A DNA stretch of 63,871 nt, the filler included. It is 5 parts of 5 records of this genome, joined end to end, with 100 filler letters (N's around TTAATTAATTAA, not from the genome) between each part and the next. Parts side by side here need not be neighbours in the genome. Positions count along the whole stretch, not along the records: positions 29,048 to 36,147 come from SRR20825006_151; positions 36,248 to 49,598 come from SRR20825006_154; 3 more parts are not named here. One strand, 5' to 3'. Under the pieces are notes generated by a model, which was not told where the DNA came from, did not search any database, and saw only the letters and a list, made by a program, of their open reading frames with translations. Shown piece by piece: positions 29,181 to 38,723 of this stretch. The translations under genes and the position numbers were made by a program. Positions within the stretch are counted from its first letter, which is position 1. Each line of letters opens with the position of its first letter.

Positions 29181-30221
29181 ATGGCTTTTGTGACCGACCG
29201 CCCCCAGCGCCCTCTCACCCTGCGTGACGTTTCCGAAGCGTCGGGGGTTTCCGAAATGACCGTCAGCCGCGTGTTGCGCAATCGCGGTGATGTCTCTGAA
29301 GCGACACGTAAAAAAGTGCTCGAAGCGGCGACGACGCTGGGCTACGTGCCCAACCAGATCGCGGGATCTCTGGCGTCGAAGCGGGTCAACCTTGTGGCGG
29401 TGATCATCCCGTCGCTGGGCAACATGGTGTTCCCCGAAGTGCTGACCGGCATCAACCAGATCCTGGACGACACACCGCTGCAAGCGGTCGTGGGTGTCAC
29501 CGACTATCTGCCCGAGAAAGAAGAGCGGGTGCTGTACGAGATGCTGTCCTGGCGGCCATCGGGTGTGATCATCGCTGGGCTGGAACACACAGACGCCGCC
29601 CGCGCCATGATGATGAACGCAGGCATTCCCGTGGTCGAGATCATGGACACCGACGGGCGCTGTGTCGATTCAATGGTGGGCATTTCGCACCGTCGTGCAG
29701 GTGCCGAAATGGCCCGCGCGATCCTGAAGCAGGGTTATCAGCACATCGGCTTCATGGGCACCAAGATGCCGCTGGACCACCGTGCGCGCAAACGTTTCGA
29801 AGGGTTCACCGAACATCTGGCCAAGGCCGGTATCGAAATCGAGGACCGCGAGTTTTACTCGGGCGGCTCGGCGCTGGCCAAGGGCCGCGAGATGACCAAG
29901 GCGATGCTGGACCGCAGCCCTGACCTGGATTTCCTGTACTATTCCAACGACATGATTGGCGCAGGCGGGCTGTTGTACTTGCTGGATCAGGGCATCGACG
30001 TGCCCGGACAGATCGGCCTGGCCGGCTTCAACGGGGTTGAACTGCTTCAGGGTCTGCCGCGCCAGTTGGCGACAATGGACGCCTGCCGTCTCGAGATTGG
30101 CCGCGCCGCCGCCGAGATCATCCGCGACCACGGGCAGGAGGGCGCGCCGACCGAGCCGCAGAAAATCACCCTCACGCCCAAGCTCAGTCTTGGCGATACG
30201 TTGCGCCGCCGCCGCGTGTGA
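29181..30221 (+). CDS. LacI family regulator (similar to the gluconate repressor)
   Basis: TLRDVSEASGVSEMTVSRVL HTH plus sugar-binding domain; the start may be GTG at 29190. Confidence 0.92.
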   Translation: MAFVTDRPQRPLTLRDVSEASGVSEMTVSRVLRNRGDVSEATRKKVLEAATTLGYVPNQIAGSLASKRVNLVAVIIPSLGNMVFPEVLTGINQILDDTPLQAVVGVTDYLPEKEERVLYEMLSWRPSGVIIAGLEHTDAARAMMMNAGIPVVEIMDTDGRCVDSMVGISHRRAGAEMARAILKQGYQHIGFMGTKMPLDHRARKRFEGFTEHLAKAGIEIEDREFYSGGSALAKGREMTKAMLDRSPDLDFLYYSNDMIGAGGLLYLLDQGIDVPGQIGLAGFNGVELLQGLPRQLATMDACRLEIGRAAAEIIRDHGQEGAPTEPQKITLTPKLSLGDTLRRRRV

Positions 30222-31432
30222 CGCGGCCCGTTATTGACAACACCAGCGCAAGGCGGGTCTTTCTGGACCGCCATGCCTTGCACGAACCCCCGCAGGGGGC
30301 GGCCCACGGCGACGCTTTGAAATCGCTGATCACCCGTCTGGGGTTTGTCCAGCTGGACAGCATCAACACCGTGGCCCGCGCCCACGACCTGATCCTGTTC
30401 GCCCGCCGCCCCCGCTACCGGGCCAGATCGCTGGACACGCTCTACACCCGTGACCGCGCCCTGTTTGAACACTGGACCCATGACGCCGCCGTCATTCCCA
30501 TCGAGTTTTATCCTCACTGGCACATGCGCCGCACCCGCGACGCCGAGCGGCTGAAAAAGGCGTGGAGCAAGGACCGTCGCGCCGGGTTCGAGGCACAATA
30601 CCAGACGGTGCTGGACCACATCCGCGACAACGGGGCGTGTTCCTCATCGGATGTGGGCACGGATGAAAAGAAAGGCTCGGGCGGATGGTGGGACTGGCAC
30701 CCGTCCAAGACCGCGCTGGAATATCTGTGGCGGTCTGGCGCGCTGGCCGTCACCGGGCGCAGCGGGTTCCAGAAACGCTATGACCTGACCGAGCGCGTGA
30801 TCGACACGGCGCTGGCCGATCCCGCCAACGCGCCGGACACCGAGGAAACCATCGACTGGTGTTGTTCACAGGCGCTGGACCGCCTCGGCTTTGCCTCGCA
30901 CAGCGAACTGGCCGCCTTCTGGGGCCACATCCGCCCTGCCGAGGCGCAGGTGTGGGTCAAACAGGCGCTGGCGCGCGGCAACATTATCCCTGTGGACATT
31001 CAGAACGCCGACGGCAGCCTGCGCGCCGCCTATGCCCGCCCAGACCTGCCCGACGATCCGGCGCTCCACAGCCCGCCCAGCCCGCGCCTGCGCATCCTCA
31101 GTCCCTTTGATCCCGCCTTGCGCGACCGCAAACGCGCCGAGCAACTGTTCGGCTTTCACTACCGGATCGAGGTGTTCGTCCCGGAACCCAAACGCACCTA
31201 TGGCTACTATGTCTTTCCGATCCTCGAAGGTGACCGGCTGGTGGGCCGCATCGACATGAAGGCTTTTCGCGCAGAAGACACGCTCAGGGTCCGCGCCTGC
31301 TGGCCCGAACGTGGCATCCGCTGGGGCAAGGGGCGCACGGCTGCCCTGATGGCGGAGCTAAACCGCATTCTGAACCTCGCCGGGGTGAGCGAAATCGACT
31401 TTGCGCCCGACTGGCTGCGCGCGCCGCTCTGA
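30218..31432 (+). CDS. ycaQ: YcaQ/AlkZ (HTH_42) family crosslink-repair DNA glycosylase
   Basis: GFVQLDSINTVARAH (QxD motif), FEHWTH, LSPFDP, YGYY, GRID. Confidence 0.88.
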   Translation: MTRPVIDNTSARRVFLDRHALHEPPQGAAHGDALKSLITRLGFVQLDSINTVARAHDLILFARRPRYRARSLDTLYTRDRALFEHWTHDAAVIPIEFYPHWHMRRTRDAERLKKAWSKDRRAGFEAQYQTVLDHIRDNGACSSSDVGTDEKKGSGGWWDWHPSKTALEYLWRSGALAVTGRSGFQKRYDLTERVIDTALADPANAPDTEETIDWCCSQALDRLGFASHSELAAFWGHIRPAEAQVWVKQALARGNIIPVDIQNADGSLRAAYARPDLPDDPALHSPPSPRLRILSPFDPALRDRKRAEQLFGFHYRIEVFVPEPKRTYGYYVFPILEGDRLVGRIDMKAFRAEDTLRVRACWPERGIRWGKGRTAALMAELNRILNLAGVSEIDFAPDWLRAPL

Positions 31433-31496
31433 CCCTTCATCTTGCCCGAAAAACTCCGGGGGGGAGGCCGAAGGCCGGGGGGCTGGCCCCCTTCTT
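31433..31496. repeat. Short GC-rich intergenic palindromic element (Rhodobacteraceae REP-like)
   Basis: CTTCATCTTG-CCCGAAAAACTCC, G-run, GGCC-GAA-GGCC hairpin, then GGGGG-CTGG-CCCCC hairpin; single copy in the window. Confidence 0.5.
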
Positions 31497-31540
31497 ACGA
31501 CAACGATTGCACCCACCCGGAGAAAAGGTAGTGTCCGACT

Positions 31541-32281
31541 ATGTCCAACACCTATCCAACGATTCATACGGTCGGCCTCTCCGGCGTCCTCGTCACCTTT
31601 GCCGAAGCATTGGATGACACCGCCAACCGTGCCGCGCTGGCCTTTCGTGCGGCTGTCGACGCCCAGGGCTGGGACTGGCTGCAGGAAAGCGCCACTTCGC
31701 TGATCTCGGCCTTTTTCCGCACCGATCTGGCGCAGCATTCCGCCGCCGACATCACCGAACAGCTGACCGATCTGCTGGCCACCCGTGACTGGTTCGCGGC
31801 CCCGCTGCCCGAGGGGCGCAAGCTGTGGCATATTCCGGCGGTTTTCGGTGGCGATCTGGCCCCGCAACTGGACGAGGCCGCCGAGGCCGCAGGCCTGTCC
31901 CCACAGGATGCCATCGCGGAACTGACCAGCACCCGTATGCGTGTGATCACCATCGGTTTCGCCCCCGGACAACCCTATCTGGGCACGCTGGGCGAACATT
32001 GGAACATCCCGCGTCTGGGCACGCTCAGCCCCAACATCCCGCGCGGGGCACTGGTCGCCGCCGTGCGCCAGCTGTGCCTGTTTTCCAACGACACGCCGAC
32101 CGGCTGGCGTCATGTGGGGCAAACCGCATTTCACACCTTCCGGCCCAAGGCGGACGAACCTTTCCCGCTGTCACCGGGGGATGAACTGCTGTTCCATGCA
32201 ACAACACCCGCCAATTACAAAACCATCTCTGCCAACAATGCCGATGGCGCAGGCGGTGCCACGTGGGAGGCACTGCCATGA
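31541..32281 (+). CDS. pxpB: 5-oxoprolinase subunit B (allophanate hydrolase subunit 1 family)
   Basis: IGFAPGQPYL, IPR, TPTGWRHVG. Confidence 0.85.
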   Translation: MSNTYPTIHTVGLSGVLVTFAEALDDTANRAALAFRAAVDAQGWDWLQESATSLISAFFRTDLAQHSAADITEQLTDLLATRDWFAAPLPEGRKLWHIPAVFGGDLAPQLDEAAEAAGLSPQDAIAELTSTRMRVITIGFAPGQPYLGTLGEHWNIPRLGTLSPNIPRGALVAAVRQLCLFSNDTPTGWRHVGQTAFHTFRPKADEPFPLSPGDELLFHATTPANYKTISANNADGAGGATWEALP

Positions 32282-33297
32282 CCGCCGCCCTCAAGGTCAT
32301 CCAGATCGGCCCCGCCGCCGGCTTTCAGGATCTGGGACGTCCCGGCTACATCGCCTCGGGCCTGACCCGTGGTGGTGCCATCGACACGTTGGCGGTGCAC
32401 GAAGGCGCGGCGCTTCTCAAGCAATCCCCAGACTGCGCGGTTCTAGAAATCGCCGGCGTCGGCGGTGTGTTCGAGGCCACGGCCCCCCTGCGCATCGCCC
32501 TGACCGGCGCCGATATGACCGCCCGCATCGACGACGCGACCGCCGCCTGGAATGCGGTGCATCAGATGGAAGCAGGCCAACGCCTTACCATCGGCGCGGC
32601 ACGGTCGGGCAGCTATGCCTATCTGCACATCGGCGGCGGCTTTGACGCGCCGGTACGCATGGGGGCACGTGGCGGCCATATGTCCGCGGGTCTGGGCAAG
32701 CTGATCGCCAAGGGGGACACCCTGCCCGCCCTGCCCGACACCGGCACACGCACCGGGTACTACCTCCCCCGCGACAAACGATTCGACGGTGGCACCGTGC
32801 GCATCGTCCCGTCGGTGCAAACCAACCACTTCCCGCCCGAGGAACGCGCCCGGTTCGAGGCCACCGCATTCAAACGCGACCCCCGCGCCAACCGTCAGGG
32901 CATCCGTATGGAACATGACGGCGAGGGCTTTGCCGCCCAGGGGATGCGCACCATCGTGTCCGAAGTCATCGTTCAGGGTGACATCCAGATCACCGGCGAC
33001 GGCACGCCCTTTGTGCTGATGTGCGAAAGCCAGACGACCGGCGGCTATCCCCGCATCGGCACGGTCATCCCCGCCGACCTGCCGCGCATGGCCCAGACCC
33101 CTGCGGGCGGGCAGATCACATTCCAGTTCATCACGCTGGACGAGGCCGTCACGATCCAGCAACAGGACACCAAGGCCCGCGCCGGACTGGCGGCCAAGGC
33201 GCAACCGCTGGTGCGCGACATCAACGACATATCCGACCTGCTGTCCTACCAACTGGTCAGCGGGGCCATCTCGGCGCAGGCCGACCCGTTTGAATAA
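32278..33297 (+). CDS. pxpC: 5-oxoprolinase subunit C
   Basis: QDLGRPG, GGAID, NRQGIR, QTTGGYPRIG; ATGA coupling. Confidence 0.87.
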   Translation: MTAALKVIQIGPAAGFQDLGRPGYIASGLTRGGAIDTLAVHEGAALLKQSPDCAVLEIAGVGGVFEATAPLRIALTGADMTARIDDATAAWNAVHQMEAGQRLTIGAARSGSYAYLHIGGGFDAPVRMGARGGHMSAGLGKLIAKGDTLPALPDTGTRTGYYLPRDKRFDGGTVRIVPSVQTNHFPPEERARFEATAFKRDPRANRQGIRMEHDGEGFAAQGMRTIVSEVIVQGDIQITGDGTPFVLMCESQTTGGYPRIGTVIPADLPRMAQTPAGGQITFQFITLDEAVTIQQQDTKARAGLAAKAQPLVRDINDISDLLSYQLVSGAISAQADPFE

Positions 33298-33309
33298 AGG
33301 AACATTGCC

Positions 33310-34077
33310 ATGCAAGTGGATCTGAACGCCGATATGGGCGAAAGCTTTGGCCCCTGGAAAATGGGCGACGACGCCAGCCTGCTGACCACTGTGACATCGG
33401 CCAACATCGCCTGCGGGGCCCATGCGGGCGACCCTGACGTGATGGCCACCACCATGGGCATCGCGCTGCAAAACGGCGTGGGCATCGGCTCGCACCCCGG
33501 CTTTCCAGACCTACAGGGCTTTGGCCGCCGCCGCATCCAGATGCCCACCGGATCGCTGCAAAACTCGATCCGCTGTCAGGTCGGTGCCTCGCTGGGCATG
33601 GCCGCCGCATTGGGCGCCAAGGTGCGACACGTCAAGCTGCACGGCGCATTGGGCAACATGACATCCGAAGACGAAGACATGGCACGCGCCTGCTACGAGG
33701 CCGCGCTGTCGGTCGATGAAAACCTGATCGTGATGGTGCTGGCCGCCACCGCTCAGGAACGCGCCGTGCGCAGTCTGGGCTGCAAGTTCGCCTGCGAGAT
33801 CTTCGCCGACCGCGCCTATAACGACGATGCCACGCTGGTCGACCGTTCGATCCCCGGCGCGGTGATCCACGACCCCAAGGTCGCAGGGCAGCGTATGGTG
33901 GATATGGTCAAGGCCCAGGCGATCATCACCGATTCAGGCAAACATATTGAAACGCCCATCGACACGATCTGTTTGCACGGCGACACGCCGACGGCTGTGC
34001 ACATCGCCGCCGAAGTGCGCAGCGCACTGGAGGACGCGAAAATCACCGTCACCCAGTTCGCCGGGCGCACCGCCTGA
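33310..34077 (+). CDS. pxpA: 5-oxoprolinase subunit A (LamB/YcsF)
   Basis: DLNADMGES, ANIACGAHAGD, HVKLHGAL, FADRAY, ICLHGD. Confidence 0.92.
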   Translation: MQVDLNADMGESFGPWKMGDDASLLTTVTSANIACGAHAGDPDVMATTMGIALQNGVGIGSHPGFPDLQGFGRRRIQMPTGSLQNSIRCQVGASLGMAAALGAKVRHVKLHGALGNMTSEDEDMARACYEAALSVDENLIVMVLAATAQERAVRSLGCKFACEIFADRAYNDDATLVDRSIPGAVIHDPKVAGQRMVDMVKAQAIITDSGKHIETPIDTICLHGDTPTAVHIAAEVRSALEDAKITVTQFAGRTA

Positions 34078-34189
34078 GCGTTAACCGGACAAGACGACCA
34101 GCCCGCCGCCTGGAGGCTGGTCGCCTTGAGCGACACTGGTCCAGAGCCTAAGCCGCGCAAACCGAGCATGCTCATTGATGCATCCGCGC

Positions 34190-34204
34190 GTTCCGCTTAT
34201 GTTC
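34190..34204 (+). promoter_or_regulatory. Alphaproteobacterial LexA (SOS) box
   Basis: GTTC-CGCTTAT-GTTC (GTTC-N7-GTTC), 7 nt before the imuA ATG; TTGATG -35-like hexamer upstream. Confidence 0.88.
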
Positions 34205-34211
34205 TCACCCC

Positions 34212-34790
34212 ATGCGAGTCGCGCTTCACACCCTTTTCCCCCTGCGCCCTGCCCGTGTCCACGAGGTCTGCGGAGCCGGCGCCATGGGGTTTGCCGCAAT
34301 GGCCGCGCGGGGGCCGGTGCTTTGGATACGCGAGGCATGGCTGTCTGACACTCTGACGCCGCAGGGTCTATTGCCGCTTCTTGATCCCTCGCAGCTTTTG
34401 CTGGCACGGCCAAAGGACCAGATGGACGCACTTGCCGTGGCCGAAGAGGCCCTCAAGGACGGCGCACTGCCTTATGTTGTCCTGGAAATAACCCGCCCGC
34501 TTGATCTGCGCGAGGGGCGGCGGGTTCAACTGGCGGCAAAAGCGGGCGGAACGACGGGGGTGTGCATCATCCCCGAGGATATGGGTTCGAACGCCTCGGA
34601 AACCCGTTGGCGCGCCACCCCGGTATTCGAACCGGAACGGCAAGACTCGACTCTGATGCGGTGGGAAACTATCAAGAACAAATCAGGAACACTTGGTGTC
34701 TGGCATGTTCGATGGAATCAACAAACGAGTCGTCTCGATGTGGTTTCCCCGGTTAGCGAGCGACCGGGTTCTTCGGGCACGTCCGGTTGA
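34212..34790 (+). CDS. imuA: ImuA mutagenesis protein
   Basis: RVHEVCG, AEEAL, RRVQLAAKAGG, ETRW; SOS box upstream and imuB downstream. Confidence 0.85.
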   Translation: MRVALHTLFPLRPARVHEVCGAGAMGFAAMAARGPVLWIREAWLSDTLTPQGLLPLLDPSQLLLARPKDQMDALAVAEEALKDGALPYVVLEITRPLDLREGRRVQLAAKAGGTTGVCIIPEDMGSNASETRWRATPVFEPERQDSTLMRWETIKNKSGTLGVWHVRWNQQTSRLDVVSPVSERPGSSGTSG

Positions 34791-36147
34791 CGGACCCTTC
34801 GCGCTGACGCTCAAGGCCGATAACACCGAACGGATTTATTGCCTCAATCGCGCTGCCGAGCGGGTGGGCCTGAGCCGGGATATGAGCTTTGCCGATGCCC
34901 GCGCCTTTTGTCCCGACCTGATCAGCCAACCCGCACGCCCCGATCTCGACGCGCCTTTCCTGGCGGTCCTGCGCCGCTGGGCGACGCGCTACTGTCCCTG
35001 GGTGGGCTACGAGGGGGCGGACGGGCTGGTGCTTGATGTCACGGGCGCGGTACATCTTTTGGGCGGTGAGCCCGGGATGCTGGCCGATATGCACGCCCGA
35101 TGCGAACGTGCCGGGCTGGAACTGCGGCTTGGACTGGGCGAAACCCGTGGTGCGGCATGGGCGCGTGCGCATTTTGGCAATCCGCACAGCCCGCTGACGG
35201 AACTGCCTGTTGCAGCGCTGCGGATCGGGGACCGGATGGCCACCGCGCTGCAACGTCTTGGCCTGCGCCGTATCGGCGATCTTGCCAGCGCTGCCCGCGC
35301 ACCGCTGGCCCGCCGTTTTGGCCCGGAACTGATGCTGCGACTTGATCAGGCATTGGGGCACGTGTCCGAACCCATCAGCCCCGAAGGCGAGCCACCGCAT
35401 TACGCGACACGGATGAGCCTGCCCGAGCCGATCGGGCTGACCGAGGACGTGATGGGTGTCACCGCACGGCTGCTTATACCCTTGTGTGACAAGCTCAAAG
35501 CGCAGGAGATGGGCGCGCGCAGGCTTTGCCTTACCATGCGCCGGGTTGATCAGGGACGCCAACAGGTCGAGTTGCGCCTTGCCGCGCCGATGCACGACCC
35601 GACCCGCATTCTGCCGCTGTTCGTGCGGGGCGTGGGTGAGGTCGCTGCGGGGTTCGGCATCGACCAAATACGGATCGAAGCCACGTTGGTCGAACCGCTC
35701 CCGGCCCAACAGATCGGCAGCCGTCAAAGCTCGCCCGATCAGTTGAACGATCTGATCACGCGCATCGGCACACGGATCGGGCTGGAGAATGTCCAGCGGT
35801 TCCTGCCCTCCGACAGCCATATCCCCGAGCGTGCCTTTTCCATTGCACCCGCAGCCTACAGCACGCCCGAGCCGGGCTGGAGCGTGCGGCGATCCCGTCC
35901 GCTGTGCCTGTTTCCCCCCGAGTCGATTTCGGCCAATGGATCGCAGCCACCCGCGCAATTCCGCTGGCGGCGTATGCGTCTGACAACGGGTCGTGCCACC
36001 GGTCCCGAACGGATCGCGCCGGAATGGTGGCTGCCGGATGACAAATGGCGCAGTGGAGTGCGCGATTATTGGAAGGTGGACACGCGTGAGGGGCGGCGGC
36101 TGTGGCTGTTCTATACCCCGCAAAACCCCGGCTGGTTCGTGCAGGGG
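34705..36147 (+). CDS. imuB: ImuB, inactive Y-family polymerase, truncated at the contig end
   Basis: RYCPWV, DGLVLDVTG, GPERIAPEWW, RDYWKV. Confidence 0.9.
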
Positions 36148-36247
36148 NNNNNNNNNNNNNNNNNNNNNNNNNNNNNNNNNNNNNNNNNNNNTTAATTAAT
36201 TAANNNNNNNNNNNNNNNNNNNNNNNNNNNNNNNNNNNNNNNNNNNN
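36148..36247. other. Artificial contig linker
   Basis: Same N44-TTAATTAATTAA-N44 spacer. Confidence 0.98.
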
Positions 36248-36248
36248 T

Positions 36249-37028
36249 ACTGGAGCTGGTATGATGGATTGTAAAAATGCATTAGTAGAAGCTGAAGGTG
36301 ATTTCGATACAGCAGTAGAAGTTCTTCGTAAAAAAGGACAAAAAGTTGCAGCTAAAAGAGCTGACAGAGAATCTACTGAAGGTGCAGTTATTGCAAAGGT
36401 TAACGATGCAAACAGCAGAGGTGTTATTGTTTCTCTTAACTGTGAAACAGACTTTGTTGCTAAAAACGATACTTTCGTAACTTTAGCAAACGAACTTGCT
36501 GAATTAGCGCTAAGCTTTGATTCTAAAGAAGCATTTTTAGAAGCAGATTACAAAGGAGTTAAAGTTGCCGACAAATTAATCGAGCAAACTGGAGTAATTG
36601 GTGAGAAAATTGAAATTGGAGATTTCAGAACTTTAGAAGCTCCATTTGTAGGTTCTTACATTCACGCTGGTAACAAAATAGCCACTTTAGTTGGTTTATC
36701 TGCAAACGCTGAAGGAGTAGATGTTGCTGCTAAAGATGTTGCAATGCAAGCTGCCGCTATGAATCCTGTTGCTTTAGACGAGTCTGGTGTTGACCAAGAG
36801 GTTATCGATAAAGAAATCGAAATTGCTAAAGATACACTAAGAGCTGAAGGAAAACCAGAAGCTATGTTAGAAAACATCGCTAAAGGTAAATTAAAGCGTT
36901 TCTTTAAAGACAATACTTTAGTAAACCAAGACTTTATTAAAGACAGCAAACAAAGCGTTGCTGAATACGTAAAATCTTTTGACAAAGAACTTACTGTAGT
37001 AGCATTTGAAAGAGTAGCTTTAGGATAA
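36249..37028 (+). CDS. tsf: Elongation factor Ts (5' truncated)
   Basis: TGAGMMDCK, NCETDFVAKN, GKPEAMLENI. Confidence 0.97.
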   Translation, partial: TGAGMMDCKNALVEAEGDFDTAVEVLRKKGQKVAAKRADRESTEGAVIAKVNDANSRGVIVSLNCETDFVAKNDTFVTLANELAELALSFDSKEAFLEADYKGVKVADKLIEQTGVIGEKIEIGDFRTLEAPFVGSYIHAGNKIATLVGLSANAEGVDVAAKDVAMQAAAMNPVALDESGVDQEVIDKEIEIAKDTLRAEGKPEAMLENIAKGKLKRFFKDNTLVNQDFIKDSKQSVAEYVKSFDKELTVVAFERVALG

Positions 37029-37052
37029 TTCTAAGTTACTTTTAAACATATC

Positions 37053-37096
37053 AAAACCCACTTCCAAAATAATTTTGAAAGTGGGTTTTTCTTTTT
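37053..37096 (+). terminator. Intrinsic terminator
   Basis: AAAACCCACTT...AAGTGGGTTTTT. Confidence 0.75.
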
Positions 37097-37313
37097 CGCA
37101 ATAGCTCATACTTCTTTCTGTGAGAAGGTTTTAGATGCTCCTTATTAAATTGCAATCTGAAACTACAGCTTTACATTGTACAGAATTACCTACACTCCCT
37201 TCGCTTTCATTCAAAATAAACAACCTTACTTTAAATAGGTTTTTGAAAACACTTAATTATTTTGCTTATTTTTGCTTCGGAAAATTTTCAGAAATAATCT
37301 TCAACAGAAAAAC

Positions 37314-38021
37314 ATGCAATACAAAAGAATACTTCTAAAACTAAGCGGAGAAGCCCTTATGGGGGAAAAACAATACGGGATTGACCCAAAAAGACTTAAA
37401 GAATATGCTGAAGAAATTCAAACTGTTATTGAGTCTGGTGTAGAAGTTGCCGTTGTAATTGGTGGAGGAAATATTTTTAGAGGACTAGCAGGAGCAAGCA
37501 ATGGAATGGATCGTGTACAGGGCGATCATATGGGAATGTTAGCAACCGTTATTAACGGACTTGCATTGCAATCTGCCTTGGAAGACGAAGGTATAGAAAC
37601 ACGCTTACAATCGGCTATTAAAATCAATGAAGTAGCAGAGCCTTTTATTAGAAGACGTGCTATTCGTCATCTAGAAAAAGGGCGTGTTGTAATTTTTGGT
37701 GGAGGAACAGGAAATCCTTATTTTACCACAGACTCTGCAGCTGTTTTACGTGCTATCGAAATAAATGCTGATGTTATTTTAAAAGGAACTAGAGTTGATG
37801 GAATCTACACCTCAGATCCTGAAAAAAATAAAGACGCGACAAAATTTGACAACATCACTTTTAAAGATGTGCTAAATAAAGGGTTAAAAGTAATGGACAC
37901 AACAGCCTTTACTTTGAGTCAGGAAAACGAATTACCTATTATTGTATTCGATATGAATAAACCTGGTAACTTACTAAAAGTAGTTTCAGGAGAAAATATT
38001 GGTACAAAAGTAAATCTTTAA
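37314..38021 (+). CDS. pyrH: UMP kinase
   Basis: [27 protein letters not shown]. Confidence 0.97.
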   Translation: MQYKRILLKLSGEALMGEKQYGIDPKRLKEYAEEIQTVIESGVEVAVVIGGGNIFRGLAGASNGMDRVQGDHMGMLATVINGLALQSALEDEGIETRLQSAIKINEVAEPFIRRRAIRHLEKGRVVIFGGGTGNPYFTTDSAAVLRAIEINADVILKGTRVDGIYTSDPEKNKDATKFDNITFKDVLNKGLKVMDTTAFTLSQENELPIIVFDMNKPGNLLKVVSGENIGTKVNL

Positions 38022-38066
38022 TAAACTTGGCTTATTTTAGCCAAACTATTGAAAACATACATAGTT

Positions 38067-38621
38067 ATGAACGAAGAAGTAGACTTTATAATGGATAGTG
38101 CCAAAGAAGCAATGGATGGCGCTATAAAGCATTTAGAAAAAGAATTTGTAAACATACGTGCCGGAAAAGCAAGTCCAGCTATGGTTGGAAGTGTTATGGT
38201 AGATTACTATGGTTCTCCTACGCCTTTGAGCCAAGTAGCCAATGTAAATACTCCAGACGGAAGAACTATTTCTATTCAACCTTGGGAAAAAGGAATGCTT
38301 CAAGAAATTGAAAGAGGAATTATGATTGCCAACCTCGGTTTCAACCCAATGAATAATGGGGAAATGGTTATTATTAACGTTCCACCACTAACTGAAGAAA
38401 GAAGAAGAGATTTAGTAAAACAAGCAAAAGCAGAAGCAGAAGACGCAAAAGTGTCTATTAGAAGTGCTAGACAAGATGCTAATAAGGAAATCAAAAAACT
38501 TGATATTTCTGAAGATTTAAAAGCAAATGCAGAAGTAGATGTTCAAGCTTTAACCGATGAATACATCAAAAAAACGGACGCTACATTAGCAGTGAAAGAA
38601 AAAGAAATTATGACGGTATAA
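38067..38621 (+). CDS. frr: Ribosome recycling factor
   Basis: IRAGKA, VDYYG, PPLTEERR. Confidence 0.97.
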   Translation: MNEEVDFIMDSAKEAMDGAIKHLEKEFVNIRAGKASPAMVGSVMVDYYGSPTPLSQVANVNTPDGRTISIQPWEKGMLQEIERGIMIANLGFNPMNNGEMVIINVPPLTEERRRDLVKQAKAEAEDAKVSIRSARQDANKEIKKLDISEDLKANAEVDVQALTDEYIKKTDATLAVKEKEIMTV

Positions 38622-38641
38622 CAATCGTTAAACTTTCAATA

Positions 38642-38679
38642 AAAAATAAAGCGACTTCTACGAGTCGCTTTATTTTTTT
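38642..38679 (+). terminator. Intrinsic terminator
   Basis: AAAAAATAAAGCGACT-TCTACG-AGTCGCTTTATTTTTT. Confidence 0.8.
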
Positions 38680-38723
38680 GTAACATTACAAGATATTCTA
38701 AAAGCATTGTTTTCCCCTAGTAA

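Noticed and set aside
31541-33297. Urea amidolyase or KipI/KipA annotation
   Set aside because: Adjacency to LamB/YcsF fits the PxpABC 5-oxoprolinase better.
29670-36123. Many long antisense and alternative-frame ORFs (e.g. 32443-33495, 34753-36123)
   Set aside because: Shadow ORFs expected in high-GC coding DNA; they overlap well-supported genes and show no motifs.
29048-36147. High-GC block as a horizontally acquired island next to a tRNA
   Set aside because: It is bounded exactly by linkers and carries ordinary alphaproteobacterial genes, so it is a separate contig.
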